A DNA stretch of 64,000 nucleotides from Patescibacteria group bacterium. Lineage in GTDB: Bacteria; Patescibacteriota; WWE3; JAMCXX01; JBBTUG01. Every line of letters starts with the position of its first letter. Within the stretch, counting starts at the first letter, position 1. Below are positions 38,671 to 48,524 of this stretch, one piece after another. The notes beneath the pieces were generated by a model that was not told the DNA's origin, made no database searches, and saw nothing but the letters and a program-made list of their open reading frames with translations. The DNA is taken from contig JBBTUG010000012.1 of assembly GCA_038063895.1 (NCBI GenBank), forward strand, positions 78,165 to 142,164, read 5' to 3'. The translations under genes were made by a program, and so were the position numbers.

Positions 38671-40242
38671 TTATTTTCGGTCAACGACGATAGTGATATG
38701 GTCCTTAATTCCCGGAACTTTCTGCCAGAATTTTAGGACCGGGAATACTTCCAAACGGGCGGCGTCGATTCCGGGTAGGGAGGTCAGGTAGGAGTTGGCT
38801 TCCGCAAAACCCTGTCCCGCTAGGTCTTCTTGGATTTTCGCTGTGTCCAACCGTGGGACGATATAACCTTTAACCTTTGCCGTAAACTTAAGCACCCCGC
38901 CCTCCGTCCGCACGCCCGTCACGGAAACACTTTTGTCCTGGGAGTAAAGTTCGTAATTAACCGGGACTAAGTCCTTAAGAATCTCGCCCAATAACTCATC
39001 CAGCGCCTGCGGCGAATAGGCAAGAGCGCTGGCCTGTTTCTCCAACTCCAGATTAAATTTATCCGCTTCGTCCCCAACATTTTTATCGAAAGTTTTTTTA
39101 ACCGTTGTTGCCACCAGCGCCCCTTCTTCCAGCTTCTGGTCCCCCACGAGGCGGGAACGCAAGTCCGCCTTCAGTTTTTCTTCCAAGTCCTGACTTAAGG
39201 CCTCAAGGATCTTTTGCTGATCGTCTTTGGTTATTACCTTGACCAACCGAACGGCCCCACCCGAAAAGGATTCCTTGTTTTGCGCAATAAAATCGGCGGT
39301 GGAAAGATCGCCAATACTGAAGGTTTGGTTGGGGGTAAGATTTCCGGCCGGACCGAGCACGACCGCGCTCACCGAGGCTTCCGCCTGGCCGAAGACAAAG
39401 CCCGGTTGAGGGGTGATCACGGAGGAACGGGCCGGGACGCTGATGTCCGAAGACAGCGAAAAAGCCAAATCCCCTCCCGATTCGACGGCAATCCGCCGGA
39501 GCACTGTTCCCTTCCGGATATTCCGGCTGGCTTCAGTTTTATTATAAATTGTAACTTTGCCGAGAGCTTTTTCCCCGGCTTCTTTCTTTCCGGTAGCCTC
39601 GCCCTCACCCTTGCCTTTGGCCGAAGCCGAAATTACAACGGCGGGAATAATCCTTTGTTTTACATCCGCTTTTTCCGCCGAAGTGGAAGCTTCAACTTCG
39701 ATGCTCTTCACCAGAGATTCGGAACTGACCGTCAAAGTCACGGTCGCGCGGGGAATGTAATTCAAAAGGAAGATAGTCAGCCCACCGATAGCCAGAAGAA
39801 TAAATACCCCGACAAAAAGCCATGGGAGGCGAAGCGAGGGGGGAAGGAATTTCGGCAATTGGGGCAACTTCGGCAGAGTAAATATTTTCGGAAAAGTTGT
39901 CTTCACTTTTTCTTGAGGCTCCGCAATGTCCTTGCCCGGAATAAACCCAAAAGCTGAAGGGGCGATTGACGCTGCCTCTCGGAAACCGGCGACCAGTTCT
40001 TCACTGACTGCATCCTGCGGAGTGAAGATCAGGTTTTTCTTTAGGATTTTCGCCTCTCTTAATAACAATTTGAGGTTAAGGCGGTTTTGCGTCCAAAGAA
40101 AAGCGGCACTTACCGGCAGGGAGATGTTTTCCTCCGGACAATTTTTTATCTTGTTGATAACGGAAAAAAGATTATCGTTAGGTTCTAAAAAAAGCGTCAA
40201 CGCTACTCCTTTCCCGATTTTCCTGCAACCCGGTAAAGCCAA
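38671..40242 (-). CDS. Hypothetical membrane protein (one TM helix around residues 150-175, large extracytoplasmic domain) encoded immediately after the pilM-like gene
   Basis: LPWLFVGVFILLAIGGLTIFLL TM segment; an alternative TTG start with AAAGGAG SD sits at 40200. Confidence 0.5.
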   Translation of the reverse strand: MALPGCRKIGKGVALTLFLEPNDNLFSVINKIKNCPEENISLPVSAAFLWTQNRLNLKLLLREAKILKKNLIFTPQDAVSEELVAGFREAASIAPSAFGFIPGKDIAEPQEKVKTTFPKIFTLPKLPQLPKFLPPSLRLPWLFVGVFILLAIGGLTIFLLNYIPRATVTLTVSSESLVKSIEVEASTSAEKADVKQRIIPAVVISASAKGKGEGEATGKKEAGEKALGKVTIYNKTEASRNIRKGTVLRRIAVESGGDLAFSLSSDISVPARSSVITPQPGFVFGQAEASVSAVVLGPAGNLTPNQTFSIGDLSTADFIAQNKESFSGGAVRLVKVITKDDQQKILEALSQDLEEKLKADLRSRLVGDQKLEEGALVATTVKKTFDKNVGDEADKFNLELEKQASALAYSPQALDELLGEILKDLVPVNYELYSQDKSVSVTGVRTEGGVLKFTAKVKGYIVPRLDTAKIQEDLAGQGFAEANSYLTSLPGIDAARLEVFPVLKFWQKVPGIKDHITIVVDRK

Positions 40243-41419
40243 GGGCGAGGGGCAAAAGATCCCAGTCGCCCAGAATATGACTACTGTGGTTTTCGAGGAA
40301 AGAATCGGTACTCGACAGACTGACCGGAATTATTTTCGGGCAATCTCTGAAAGGCAGGATAGAAGTCCAGGGAAAAGCCGCTAAGCGTCCTGACAGTTCC
40401 GGTAAAATACTGCCGCCGCCGGAGAGGACAAACCGGTTCGGAAAAGTTTTCACGCCGGAGAAATCGGAAAGCGCGGTTTCCAGTCCGGCCAACCACAGAC
40501 TGATAAAAGCGTGCACCGCGTCTTTAACAGCCGGCAAATGCTCCCCGGCGGGTTGACCCTGCAGATAACTTATTTTCTCCGTTTCCGCTTCGGAGTAAGA
40601 AACCATTAGACGGTCCCGGATTAACTGGGTTAGATGGCTGCCGCCGACACCCCAACTGCGGCTGCCGATCAGCTGTCCCCCAAAAACAACGGCAATGTCC
40701 GTTTTTTCGCCGCCGATATCTGCTAGCAGCGTGTTAATTTTTTTATCCGGACCGGCAATAACACGGGTAAGGGCGGAGAGTTGTCCGATGCATCGGTACT
40801 CGGAAATTTTTAGCAATTTCAGCAAGGCCCTAAGCCTTTCCAGGTAAACCCGGGGCGCGACCGTATTTCTTAGCGAAATTTCTAAGACCTTGCCGGTAAA
40901 GCCCAACGGCTCCTCAAGATCATAACCATCAACCTTGAAATTAGAAAGGCGGCTGTCAACAATCTCTGCCTCCAACTGCGTACTGCCGGAGATGTCCGTC
41001 AACTCCTTTTCCACTTCCAGAAAAGAGGCTTCCCGGACTTTTTGGGAGATTTTCGAAAGCTCGCTTTCCTCCAAAATACTTTCCGGTGCCTCACGGGTAA
41101 TCTTTATCTGGGTTAAAAACTCCTGGACAGCCGCGCCCGAAAGTCCGATGATAACTTTTTCCGGCTTAAGGCCGGCCGCCACAGATACCTCCTCAATAAC
41201 CTCTTCCGCTCTCCCGGCTACGGCGGCGATATCGATTAACATCCCCTCCCGGACCGCGTTCTCAGCCTGAAACTGCCTGCTGTAGCCCAAAAGGGAAAGT
41301 TTGGTTTCGGAGAGACGGGAAAAAACAGCAGCCTTAATGTAGCTGCTACCGAGGTCCAGAACAAGAAAAGACGGCTCCGATTCCGGGTTTTTGTGAAGAA
41401 TATTGGGCAGATTAAACAT
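40178..41419 (-). CDS. pilM: PilM-like actin-fold ATPase (type IV pilus assembly / FtsA-like); the ORF-track N-terminal extension to 41638 is probably not translated
   Basis: MFNLPNIL...FLVLDLGSSYIKAAVF (the phosphate-1 motif of actin-like ATPases). Confidence 0.6.
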   Translation of the reverse strand: MFNLPNILHKNPESEPSFLVLDLGSSYIKAAVFSRLSETKLSLLGYSRQFQAENAVREGMLIDIAAVAGRAEEVIEEVSVAAGLKPEKVIIGLSGAAVQEFLTQIKITREAPESILEESELSKISQKVREASFLEVEKELTDISGSTQLEAEIVDSRLSNFKVDGYDLEEPLGFTGKVLEISLRNTVAPRVYLERLRALLKLLKISEYRCIGQLSALTRVIAGPDKKINTLLADIGGEKTDIAVVFGGQLIGSRSWGVGGSHLTQLIRDRLMVSYSEAETEKISYLQGQPAGEHLPAVKDAVHAFISLWLAGLETALSDFSGVKTFPNRFVLSGGGSILPELSGRLAAFPWTSILPFRDCPKIIPVSLSSTDSFLENHSSHILGDWDLLPLALGFTGLQENRERSSVDAFFRT

Positions 41420-41423
41420 ATTC

Positions 41424-43173
41424 TTAACCTTCCACAGTCGCGTAAATCCGCCGGATACCCCGGCCGACAGCTTCCTCTTTATCAACCCGGAACTTAAGCA
41501 ACTGACCAGAAGAAGCGGCGTGCGGGCCGCCGCAAAGCTCCCGGGAAAAATCCCCGATTGAATAGAGAGTAACCGCATCGACCTTCTGGTATTTTTCTTC
41601 AAACATGGCCTCCGCTCCGGAGCGGACAGCCTTCGCAAAAGTAGTCGCCTCGGCTTTTACCGGTAAGTCTTTTTTAATCTGCTCGTTAACCAGCTCTTCC
41701 ACTTGTTTCAGCTCTTCGGGAGTAAGTTTCCGGTCAAAAGTAAAATCGTGCCGGAGGCGGGACGGGGAAATTTTCTGTCCGGCCTGGTGAACAGAGACCC
41801 CTAAAATCCGGCGGAGGGCGGCATTTAATAAGTGTGCTCCGGTGTGCGCGGTTTTTATTTTTTCCGGTTCGTACGATTCTTTCCGGGCGGCGGACCGTGC
41901 CCGGTCCTGCTGCTGGCTCATTTGCTGTTCAAACTTTTCTGTATTAACAGTTCGTCCGCGCTTACGTGCTTCGGAAAGCGTGAAAGACAGTGGCAGACCA
42001 AAGGTGTCAAACAATTTAAAGGCGTCAATATCCGCGCCCATTTTTTCAAGCTCCCGCCTACCCCGCTCCAGCGTCTGGGCAAAAACTTTTTCCTCTTCCA
42101 TCAAAACTTCAATAATCGAAGTTTTCGCGCTGCGCAGAGGCGGATAAATATCGCCGTAACGCTCAATAACTTTTTCCGCCAACTGACCTAAAAAGTGTCC
42201 GTGGATCTCCAGCTCCTCGGCCCGCTCTAGGGAGCGGCGGATAAGTTTCCTTAAAACGTAACCTCTTTCAACATTGGAGGGAACAATGCCTTCCGCGGCA
42301 ATAAAGGTCATCGCCCGGACGTGATCGGCAATTATCCGGAAAGCTTTGGTTAAAGAGGGATCTTGCCCGTAAGTCTTTTCCGCAATAGTTTCAATGGTTT
42401 GGATAATCGGGAAAAAAAGATCGGTTTCATAGTTGGAAGCAGTATTTTGTAAAATCGCCGTAATCCGGTCCAGCCCGGCCCCGGTATCAACGCTGAGAAA
42501 AGGCAGTTTTTCGTATTGGTTTTCTCCGGTCCGGTTATACTGCATAAATACTCCCGCGTTCCAAATTTCGTAAAACCGCCCGCACCCGCAGGTCGGTCCG
42601 CAGTCGGGCCCGCAGGCAAATTGAAGCCCGCGGTCGTAAAGGACTTCCGTACAGGGACCGCAGGGGCCGGTGGGTCCGGAAACCCAAAGATTCTCCCCGG
42701 CCGGACGGCGGAGGACCCGTTCTTTCGGCAAACCGGCAGAAGTCCAGTACTCAACTGTCTCATCGTCTGCCGGCAGATATTCATTTCCGGCAAAAACGGT
42801 AGCGTAAAGTTGCTCCGGGTCGAAACCGAAACCCTCGGCCTTATCCGTTAACAACTGCCAGGCAAATTCAACCGCTTCCCGTTTTCCGTACCCCCCAATT
42901 GACCAACTACCCATCATTTCGAAAAAAGTGTGATGATTAGAATCTCCAATGTTATCCAAATCTTCCGTCCGCAAACAGGGTTGAATATCAACTAACCTTT
43001 CGGAGGGGGGCGGCTTAATTCCCAAAAAATAAGGCTTCAATGGGGCCATTCCTGAATTGGTAAATAGCAAAGTGGGATCGTACTCAGGCACTAAAGATGC
43101 CTGAGGGATAATAAGGTGATCGCGCTTGGCGAAGAAGTTAAGAAAAGTTTCCCGAACCTGCTCACTGGTCATT
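41424..43173 (-). CDS. alaS: Alanyl-tRNA synthetase, short form (catalytic + editing domains; lacks the C-terminal C-Ala domain). Start taken at the Met at 43173.
   Basis: MTSEQVRETFLNFFAKRDHLIIPQASLVP...FTNSGM...; editing-domain HxxxH (AHTGAHLL) and CGGPH. Confidence 0.85.
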
Positions 43174-43354
43174 AACCAAAATATAACACTAAATATCCCC
43201 CCTTTCCATCCCTGCACGATACGTTTCGAAGATTGAGGACAAACCGAAACGAGCGCTGAGTTCGGCCAAATGCCCGTCCCCAGAATCAGATAGTATGTGC
43301 TAAACACACATTACGCGTCGGTAGCTTTTTTAGTACTTCCAATCTTTTTATAAG

Positions 43355-44506
43355 TTAGACCTGGTCGGGTTCTTCTGGTTCTCCCGATTGTAATAATTTG
43401 ATCTGTGGCAAAGCCTGGCCGGCGATACCTGTCATACTACCGTAGATACCCGAAACTCCTAATAGCAGCCTGTCAACCTGTATCTCTCTGAGTTTCCAGG
43501 ATCTTTCAGCCGACGCACGTTCTTTAGATATTTGTCCCTTCATCTCTAAATATGTTTCCGCCATTCTTTCAACTTGTTGTGCAAATTCATGACTCGTCAC
43601 GAAGTCGTACATTTCCTCGGCCGTACTTTGTTTTAGCGTAACTGTTGCTTTTTCTTTTGCCACATCGTAAAGATTTTTACGCAAAAGCGCCCCTAAGGGT
43701 TCTATAAGCTTTGGGCTAACAATCCAAACGCCGCCTTTTTCTCCTATTTCTTTTTTAAAATCAATCGGCAGGGCTTCGCTCACAATCACCCCTATATGGG
43801 CCTTATCTCGTTGTACATCTCCCTTTAACTTACTGATCCAGCTATCAGACCACGCTTTAGTTCTTTTACTTTCCCAGATTATTTTCCCGCATATTGTACC
43901 CCGGGCTGTTTTTATGGTATGCCGTATATCCCCACCCAATTCGCCTTTCTTAATCTCTTCTACCCCATCAGTGGGAAATAATCGCCTAAGCGTTTCTTCA
44001 AGATCAAGCTCTTGCACCTCACCCTGCAACTGCTGCGATCCTTGGTTTGCTTTTCGATTTGCGTCTTCGAGGGCTTTCGCTAGATCTGCCTTTTGCTTTT
44101 CGTATTCGGCAAACTTGAGTTTATCTTTCTCTATTTGTTCCTCCGTCGCTTTTAATCGTATCTTTTCGCGCTCTTCGTCCATTTGCCGTTGTTTTTCTAG
44201 CTCAAAGCTACGCCGGGCCTCATCTAATTCCCGTTTTTCCTTTCGTATTGCAAGTTCAGCATCCTCTGCCTTCTGCGCCCGGCCCTTTAAATTATTAATT
44301 TGTTCATCCTTGTCTTTCAGATCTTTAGAAAGTTGTTCTTTTGCTTTACTTTCTGCCGTTTCCGCCGCTTGTTTTCTCGCATCTTCGAGTTCCTGGAGGT
44401 GACGAGACTGAATAGACACAAGAATACGCTCTTCAGTTTGATGTGCTAGTGCTTCCGATACTTCAATCTCAAAACCGCACTTTTTGCACTTAATCGTTGT
44501 GTTCAT
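43355..44506 (-). CDS. DUF2130-family protein: N-terminal zinc ribbon, long coiled coil, C-terminal conserved domain
   Basis: MNTTIKCKKCGFEIEVSEALAHQ... followed by a Glu/Lys-rich coiled coil; 4-nt overlap with the upstream hsdS. Confidence 0.65.
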   Translation of the reverse strand: MNTTIKCKKCGFEIEVSEALAHQTEERILVSIQSRHLQELEDARKQAAETAESKAKEQLSKDLKDKDEQINNLKGRAQKAEDAELAIRKEKRELDEARRSFELEKQRQMDEEREKIRLKATEEQIEKDKLKFAEYEKQKADLAKALEDANRKANQGSQQLQGEVQELDLEETLRRLFPTDGVEEIKKGELGGDIRHTIKTARGTICGKIIWESKRTKAWSDSWISKLKGDVQRDKAHIGVIVSEALPIDFKKEIGEKGGVWIVSPKLIEPLGALLRKNLYDVAKEKATVTLKQSTAEEMYDFVTSHEFAQQVERMAETYLEMKGQISKERASAERSWKLREIQVDRLLLGVSGIYGSMTGIAGQALPQIKLLQSGEPEEPDQV

Positions 44507-45942
44507 AATTTTATCCTTAATTTTACTAGTTCCGTGTTAATCCACTCTTTCGCTTCCTTTTCGTTCTTCTCAATCGCCGTTTCCACGCCGTGCTTGGCGA
44601 TTTCAAGCAGAGCCTTTGACGAGTTCCCATCATTAAATGATTCTTCAACAAGTTTCTTGATTTCCTCTTGCTTATCGTTTTTCAAAAGGGGAATTATCGT
44701 TGCTGTGACTTGATCGGGTCGCCAATGATTAATAATCGATCCGCCGGCATCGCGTTCAATTTGTTTTTGGACGATCACGGAATTTAAAACAAGCGTCAGA
44801 TATTCCGGCAATACTTTTCGACTATCTACTATTAATCTCAAAATACCACCAGAAACTATCATTTTTTGCGATTCTTCGTTCAGATAATAGGCTAGGCCGG
44901 GCGTTGCGTCTTTTGAAAGCAATATCTCGCCTTTCTTCGGCTGATGAATTTTTAGTTCGTTGTACAATTCTTCGGATATAAACTGCTGATTGTTGTCGGA
45001 AAGCTCAAATTTAGAAATATTGCTCACGCGGACAAACGGCACGCCATTTTCTTTGTATGCGTCACTTCCTGGTTCAACGCTTTTTTTGATTTTCACTAAA
45101 TTCCCCAATTCATCAAACCCCCCTTTGTATTTTTTTACTGCAGCAATAAGTTCATCATATTTTGGCTGGAAATATTCCGCGTCGGCGCGCTCGGCGTACT
45201 TTACGCCAGAAAGTTTAACGACAAATACTAAGTCGTCTTCAACTTGATAATCCTTTAATCCCAATTCTTCCAAAAGCAGGTTTTCAGCGTTTGAATAATG
45301 TTGAGCTGCTACGATTTTATATTTTCTTGAGCTCTTTATAAGAGAATCAATTTTCTGCTGAAAAGAAATACTAGTAATCGGAATAGTAATATTTTCAACT
45401 TCCCTGCAATTTAGATTTACCTGCTCGGTTTGACGGCTTTGTTGCCAGAGCTGATACCGTCCATATTTTCCTCTTAAAAAAGATTCTAGGTAAGAAGAAA
45501 GGATAGTATCCAAGGGTCTAATCAAGGCTATATTCTGATTTATATTCATCTTTGGATCATCGACGAAAACCCGAGCGGTTCTCCCTACGATTTCATAGGA
45601 AGCACCTATTATAGTAACCAGAACATCCCTCTCTTTTGGTTCAGAGTATTTTCTACTTTCACCCACCGGTAAATTATCAGCGAATTCAAATTTAATCTCC
45701 CCGTCTCTAAGAGAATCGGTCTTTATAAACTTAATATCTGTACCGTCTTGTCTACAAATCCGCCGTTTTGGAGTTGTCCCCGTTAAAACAGGCCGGGATA
45801 CTAATTCCTTTAGTATTTTGGAACGTAAACCAGAATCACTAATGACTTTTTTGATTGACAAATATTCCGGTTGGTAATATTCCGCATCCAGCCGTAAGGA
45901 ACCTTCGAGTTGGGATTTTTGGATAACTGAATAGTTCATCAC
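44503..45942 (-). CDS. hsdS: Restriction-modification specificity subunit (HsdS-like, two target-recognition domains)
   Basis: LEGSLRLDAEYYQPEY at the N-terminus and the repeated conserved coiled region (...ELKIHQPKKGEILLSKDATPGLAYY...). Confidence 0.85.
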   Translation of the reverse strand: MMNYSVIQKSQLEGSLRLDAEYYQPEYLSIKKVISDSGLRSKILKELVSRPVLTGTTPKRRICRQDGTDIKFIKTDSLRDGEIKFEFADNLPVGESRKYSEPKERDVLVTIIGASYEIVGRTARVFVDDPKMNINQNIALIRPLDTILSSYLESFLRGKYGRYQLWQQSRQTEQVNLNCREVENITIPITSISFQQKIDSLIKSSRKYKIVAAQHYSNAENLLLEELGLKDYQVEDDLVFVVKLSGVKYAERADAEYFQPKYDELIAAVKKYKGGFDELGNLVKIKKSVEPGSDAYKENGVPFVRVSNISKFELSDNNQQFISEELYNELKIHQPKKGEILLSKDATPGLAYYLNEESQKMIVSGGILRLIVDSRKVLPEYLTLVLNSVIVQKQIERDAGGSIINHWRPDQVTATIIPLLKNDKQEEIKKLVEESFNDGNSSKALLEIAKHGVETAIEKNEKEAKEWINTELVKLRIKL

Positions 45943-46565
45943 AGGGGTTTGATTTTTGAGTATTTCAAAATTTCTATATAGGAAAGAAAAGCCTTGCCCG
46001 TGTTTGTTATCATAATATTACCTTCTTCATCGTTGGCTATTAAACCAGAGTTGAATAAGAAGCTTAGATAGTCTCCTATGTTGTAGTTTTTATGTATTGG
46101 GTATTGATTTTGTAGCCCTTGAAAAAACCCATTTTGCCCAGTGTTTGTTAAATGAGTGACTCTATTTAAAAACTCTAATAATCTTATCTGACTTCCAAAT
46201 ATAAAGTTGTAGATTCTTTCGAAACCTAAATAGACTTGCGTATTAGCCAGTTCATTCTGGAGTTTCCTTTCGTTATCCCCTAAACTCTTGATTTTTTCTT
46301 CATACTCATCTTTAATTTTGTTTAGGTTGGTATCCACTGATTTATTAAGGTCTTCTTCCTGTAACTCTTTTGTTTTTTTATTTTGTTCTTCGATTTGGTC
46401 CCCAATATCAATCTGCGTATCGCCAGGCCCTTTAATACTTTTAATTCCAGCAATCAGGTTTCTGATACTCGATCTAAAGTAAATTAGTGAGCAGGAAACA
46501 ATGAAGGGCCAGGTAATTGCTTTTGTGTAATCCAATAAAAGTTTCCAATCCATTTCTACCTCCAA
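45939..46565 (-). CDS. Hypothetical protein encoded between the MTase and S genes: N-terminal TM helix, central coiled coil, C-terminal domain of unknown function
   Basis: AITWPFIVSCSLIYF TM segment; translationally coupled (overlaps) on both sides within the R-M operon. Confidence 0.6.
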   Translation of the reverse strand: MEVEMDWKLLLDYTKAITWPFIVSCSLIYFRSSIRNLIAGIKSIKGPGDTQIDIGDQIEEQNKKTKELQEEDLNKSVDTNLNKIKDEYEEKIKSLGDNERKLQNELANTQVYLGFERIYNFIFGSQIRLLEFLNRVTHLTNTGQNGFFQGLQNQYPIHKNYNIGDYLSFLFNSGLIANDEEGNIMITNTGKAFLSYIEILKYSKIKPL

Positions 46566-48517
46566 AAACTAAATTTTTGCTCCTTGGCGAATTTAATAAA
46601 GGCTTCGGCGATTTCGTCTAAGTCGTGGTCAAGAACCTTGCGAAAGTTGGCGTCGTGGACGTGATTTCCGTCTGCGTCTTTCTTGTAAAGATAATCACCG
46701 GAGTTGTCTTTCCCCGGCCTCTTGGAGACAGCCATAAAAATTGGGTAGTCGGGTAGCGGTTCTCCCGTTTCTCCGCCCCATTTCTGCAAAAACAAAACAG
46801 ATGTCTTTGTTCCGGTATGGGGCTTAAAGGTATTGCCATGGAGTCCGACCACTGCCAAAATCCGCGCTTTTTCGAATAGATATTCGCGAATGTATTCCAT
46901 ATTGGTGTTATTTAAGACGCCTTGGGGTAGCACAATGGCTATTCGTCCTCCGGGTCGTACCATATCCAAAGCCCGCTCAATAAATAAAATGTGCCTTTCG
47001 ACTTTATTAACTAACTTTCCCTTCTTTTTTCCAAAATCATATTGGCGAAGTATCCCGGTGTCCTTGATTTCACCGGCGAAAGGGGGGTTAGTCAAAAGTA
47101 AATCAAAATTAAAATTGTGAAACGTTTTTCTATTTTCTTCGTTGTCCGATGAATTAACGCTTTCCAATAACCTTGTTTGGAGCTTGGCTCGTGCATCCAA
47201 AAGATTACCGCTTTCACCTTGCCACTCTCGGGGATCCAGCGAATTAAGTTTAAACATGTGTGACCTCCCGTCGCCGGCAATCAGCATCAAAGCCCGGGAA
47301 ACTTTGGAGATTTCCTCGGCAAAGTCAATTCCCCAGAGATGTTCTTTTGAATACTCTTTAACCGACTCGTCAACCCGGCCTAAGTACTTTTCCTTTATCC
47401 AGTTCATCGTTTGGATAAGAAAACCGCCGGAACCGGCGGCCGGATCGATTATGTATTCACTACTCTTTGGGTTTAGCATTTTAACCGCCATGGCAATAAC
47501 GTGACGGGGTGTGAAATATTGACCCTTCTTACCCTTGGCCACTTCCGGAATCAAATACTCAAAGGCTTCGTCCACGATGGATAAATCGGAACCAAACAAG
47601 CGCGCTTTCTCTAATTCCGCTACAACAATCGACAGGTGTTCAGGGGAAAGGTTAATATTTTCCTGCTCCAAAAACGTCCCCGGCCATTTTTTAATTGCTT
47701 GTTTAAAGAGATTGTTAATAACGGAGTAGGTTTTGGCTTGGTCTTTGTACTTGCGGAAAAATACTTCTTTGTCTGAACGATTCAGCCGGGCTTCATTTTC
47801 GTCGAAAAGTTTCGCGTAAACGAGCTTAAAGACCTCGGTAAAAACATCCACGCCGGCGTTAGCCAGAACAAGCTCCTCCATTTGTTCGATGATTTCTTTG
47901 AGATTGGCGCTTTTATCGGTATATTCAAAAAGAGTTTTTTTAGACTCTAAAAGATCGTCGATCGTTTTTCCGGCAGAGGGCAAGTCCGGCAGAGTATCAT
48001 TGAATTCTTTGGGGTAGGGACGGTACAAAATAATTCTTTTTACCCCGTTGGACCAAAGGCCAATCTCCGCCCCTTCCGCCGAAAGGTAGCTTTTAAGCTG
48101 CTCAATGCCTCTACTCTCGGTTGGGCTTTTAACTTCAATAATAATGTAGGGAGTAATTTTGTCCGGTTTATAGACAACCACGTCCGCGGCCTTCGCGTGG
48201 ATTTCTCGGCCAAAGTGGACGCTTTTTTCGGTGTCGATTCGGTCAAGCGGATACTGGTAGTAAGTGTTGAGTTTATGGATCCATAACTGGCGGACAATTT
48301 CTTCCGGTTTCCCGGTTTGTTTCCGGTCGTCAAAAACGAATTTTTGACCGCCCGATTTTAAATCTTTCACATAAAAACGGTGGGGCTCGTCTTCAGTTAT
48401 GTGTAAAACTTCCGCGATTTCTACCTCGCTAAACTCCCTTAATCCGTAGACTGTATCACTATCTCCAAAAACTTTGTCTATGATTTCACTTGATTTGTTG
48501 GGCTTAATTGTTGGCAT
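46556..48517 (-). CDS. Restriction-modification fusion protein: N-terminal PD-(D/E)xK nuclease-like domain + N6-adenine DNA methyltransferase (HsdM-type). Start taken at the Met at 48517.
   Basis: Nuclease-like D...EVK (DVVVYKPDKITPYIIIEVKSP). MTase motif I IIDPAAGSGGFL and motif IV LLTNPPFAGE. Confidence 0.8.
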   Translation of the reverse strand: MPTIKPNKSSEIIDKVFGDSDTVYGLREFSEVEIAEVLHITEDEPHRFYVKDLKSGGQKFVFDDRKQTGKPEEIVRQLWIHKLNTYYQYPLDRIDTEKSVHFGREIHAKAADVVVYKPDKITPYIIIEVKSPTESRGIEQLKSYLSAEGAEIGLWSNGVKRIILYRPYPKEFNDTLPDLPSAGKTIDDLLESKKTLFEYTDKSANLKEIIEQMEELVLANAGVDVFTEVFKLVYAKLFDENEARLNRSDKEVFFRKYKDQAKTYSVINNLFKQAIKKWPGTFLEQENINLSPEHLSIVVAELEKARLFGSDLSIVDEAFEYLIPEVAKGKKGQYFTPRHVIAMAVKMLNPKSSEYIIDPAAGSGGFLIQTMNWIKEKYLGRVDESVKEYSKEHLWGIDFAEEISKVSRALMLIAGDGRSHMFKLNSLDPREWQGESGNLLDARAKLQTRLLESVNSSDNEENRKTFHNFNFDLLLTNPPFAGEIKDTGILRQYDFGKKKGKLVNKVERHILFIERALDMVRPGGRIAIVLPQGVLNNTNMEYIREYLFEKARILAVVGLHGNTFKPHTGTKTSVLFLQKWGGETGEPLPDYPIFMAVSKRPGKDNSGDYLYKKDADGNHVHDANFRKVLDHDLDEIAEAFIKFAKEQKFSFWR

Positions 48518-48524
48518 AAAACAT

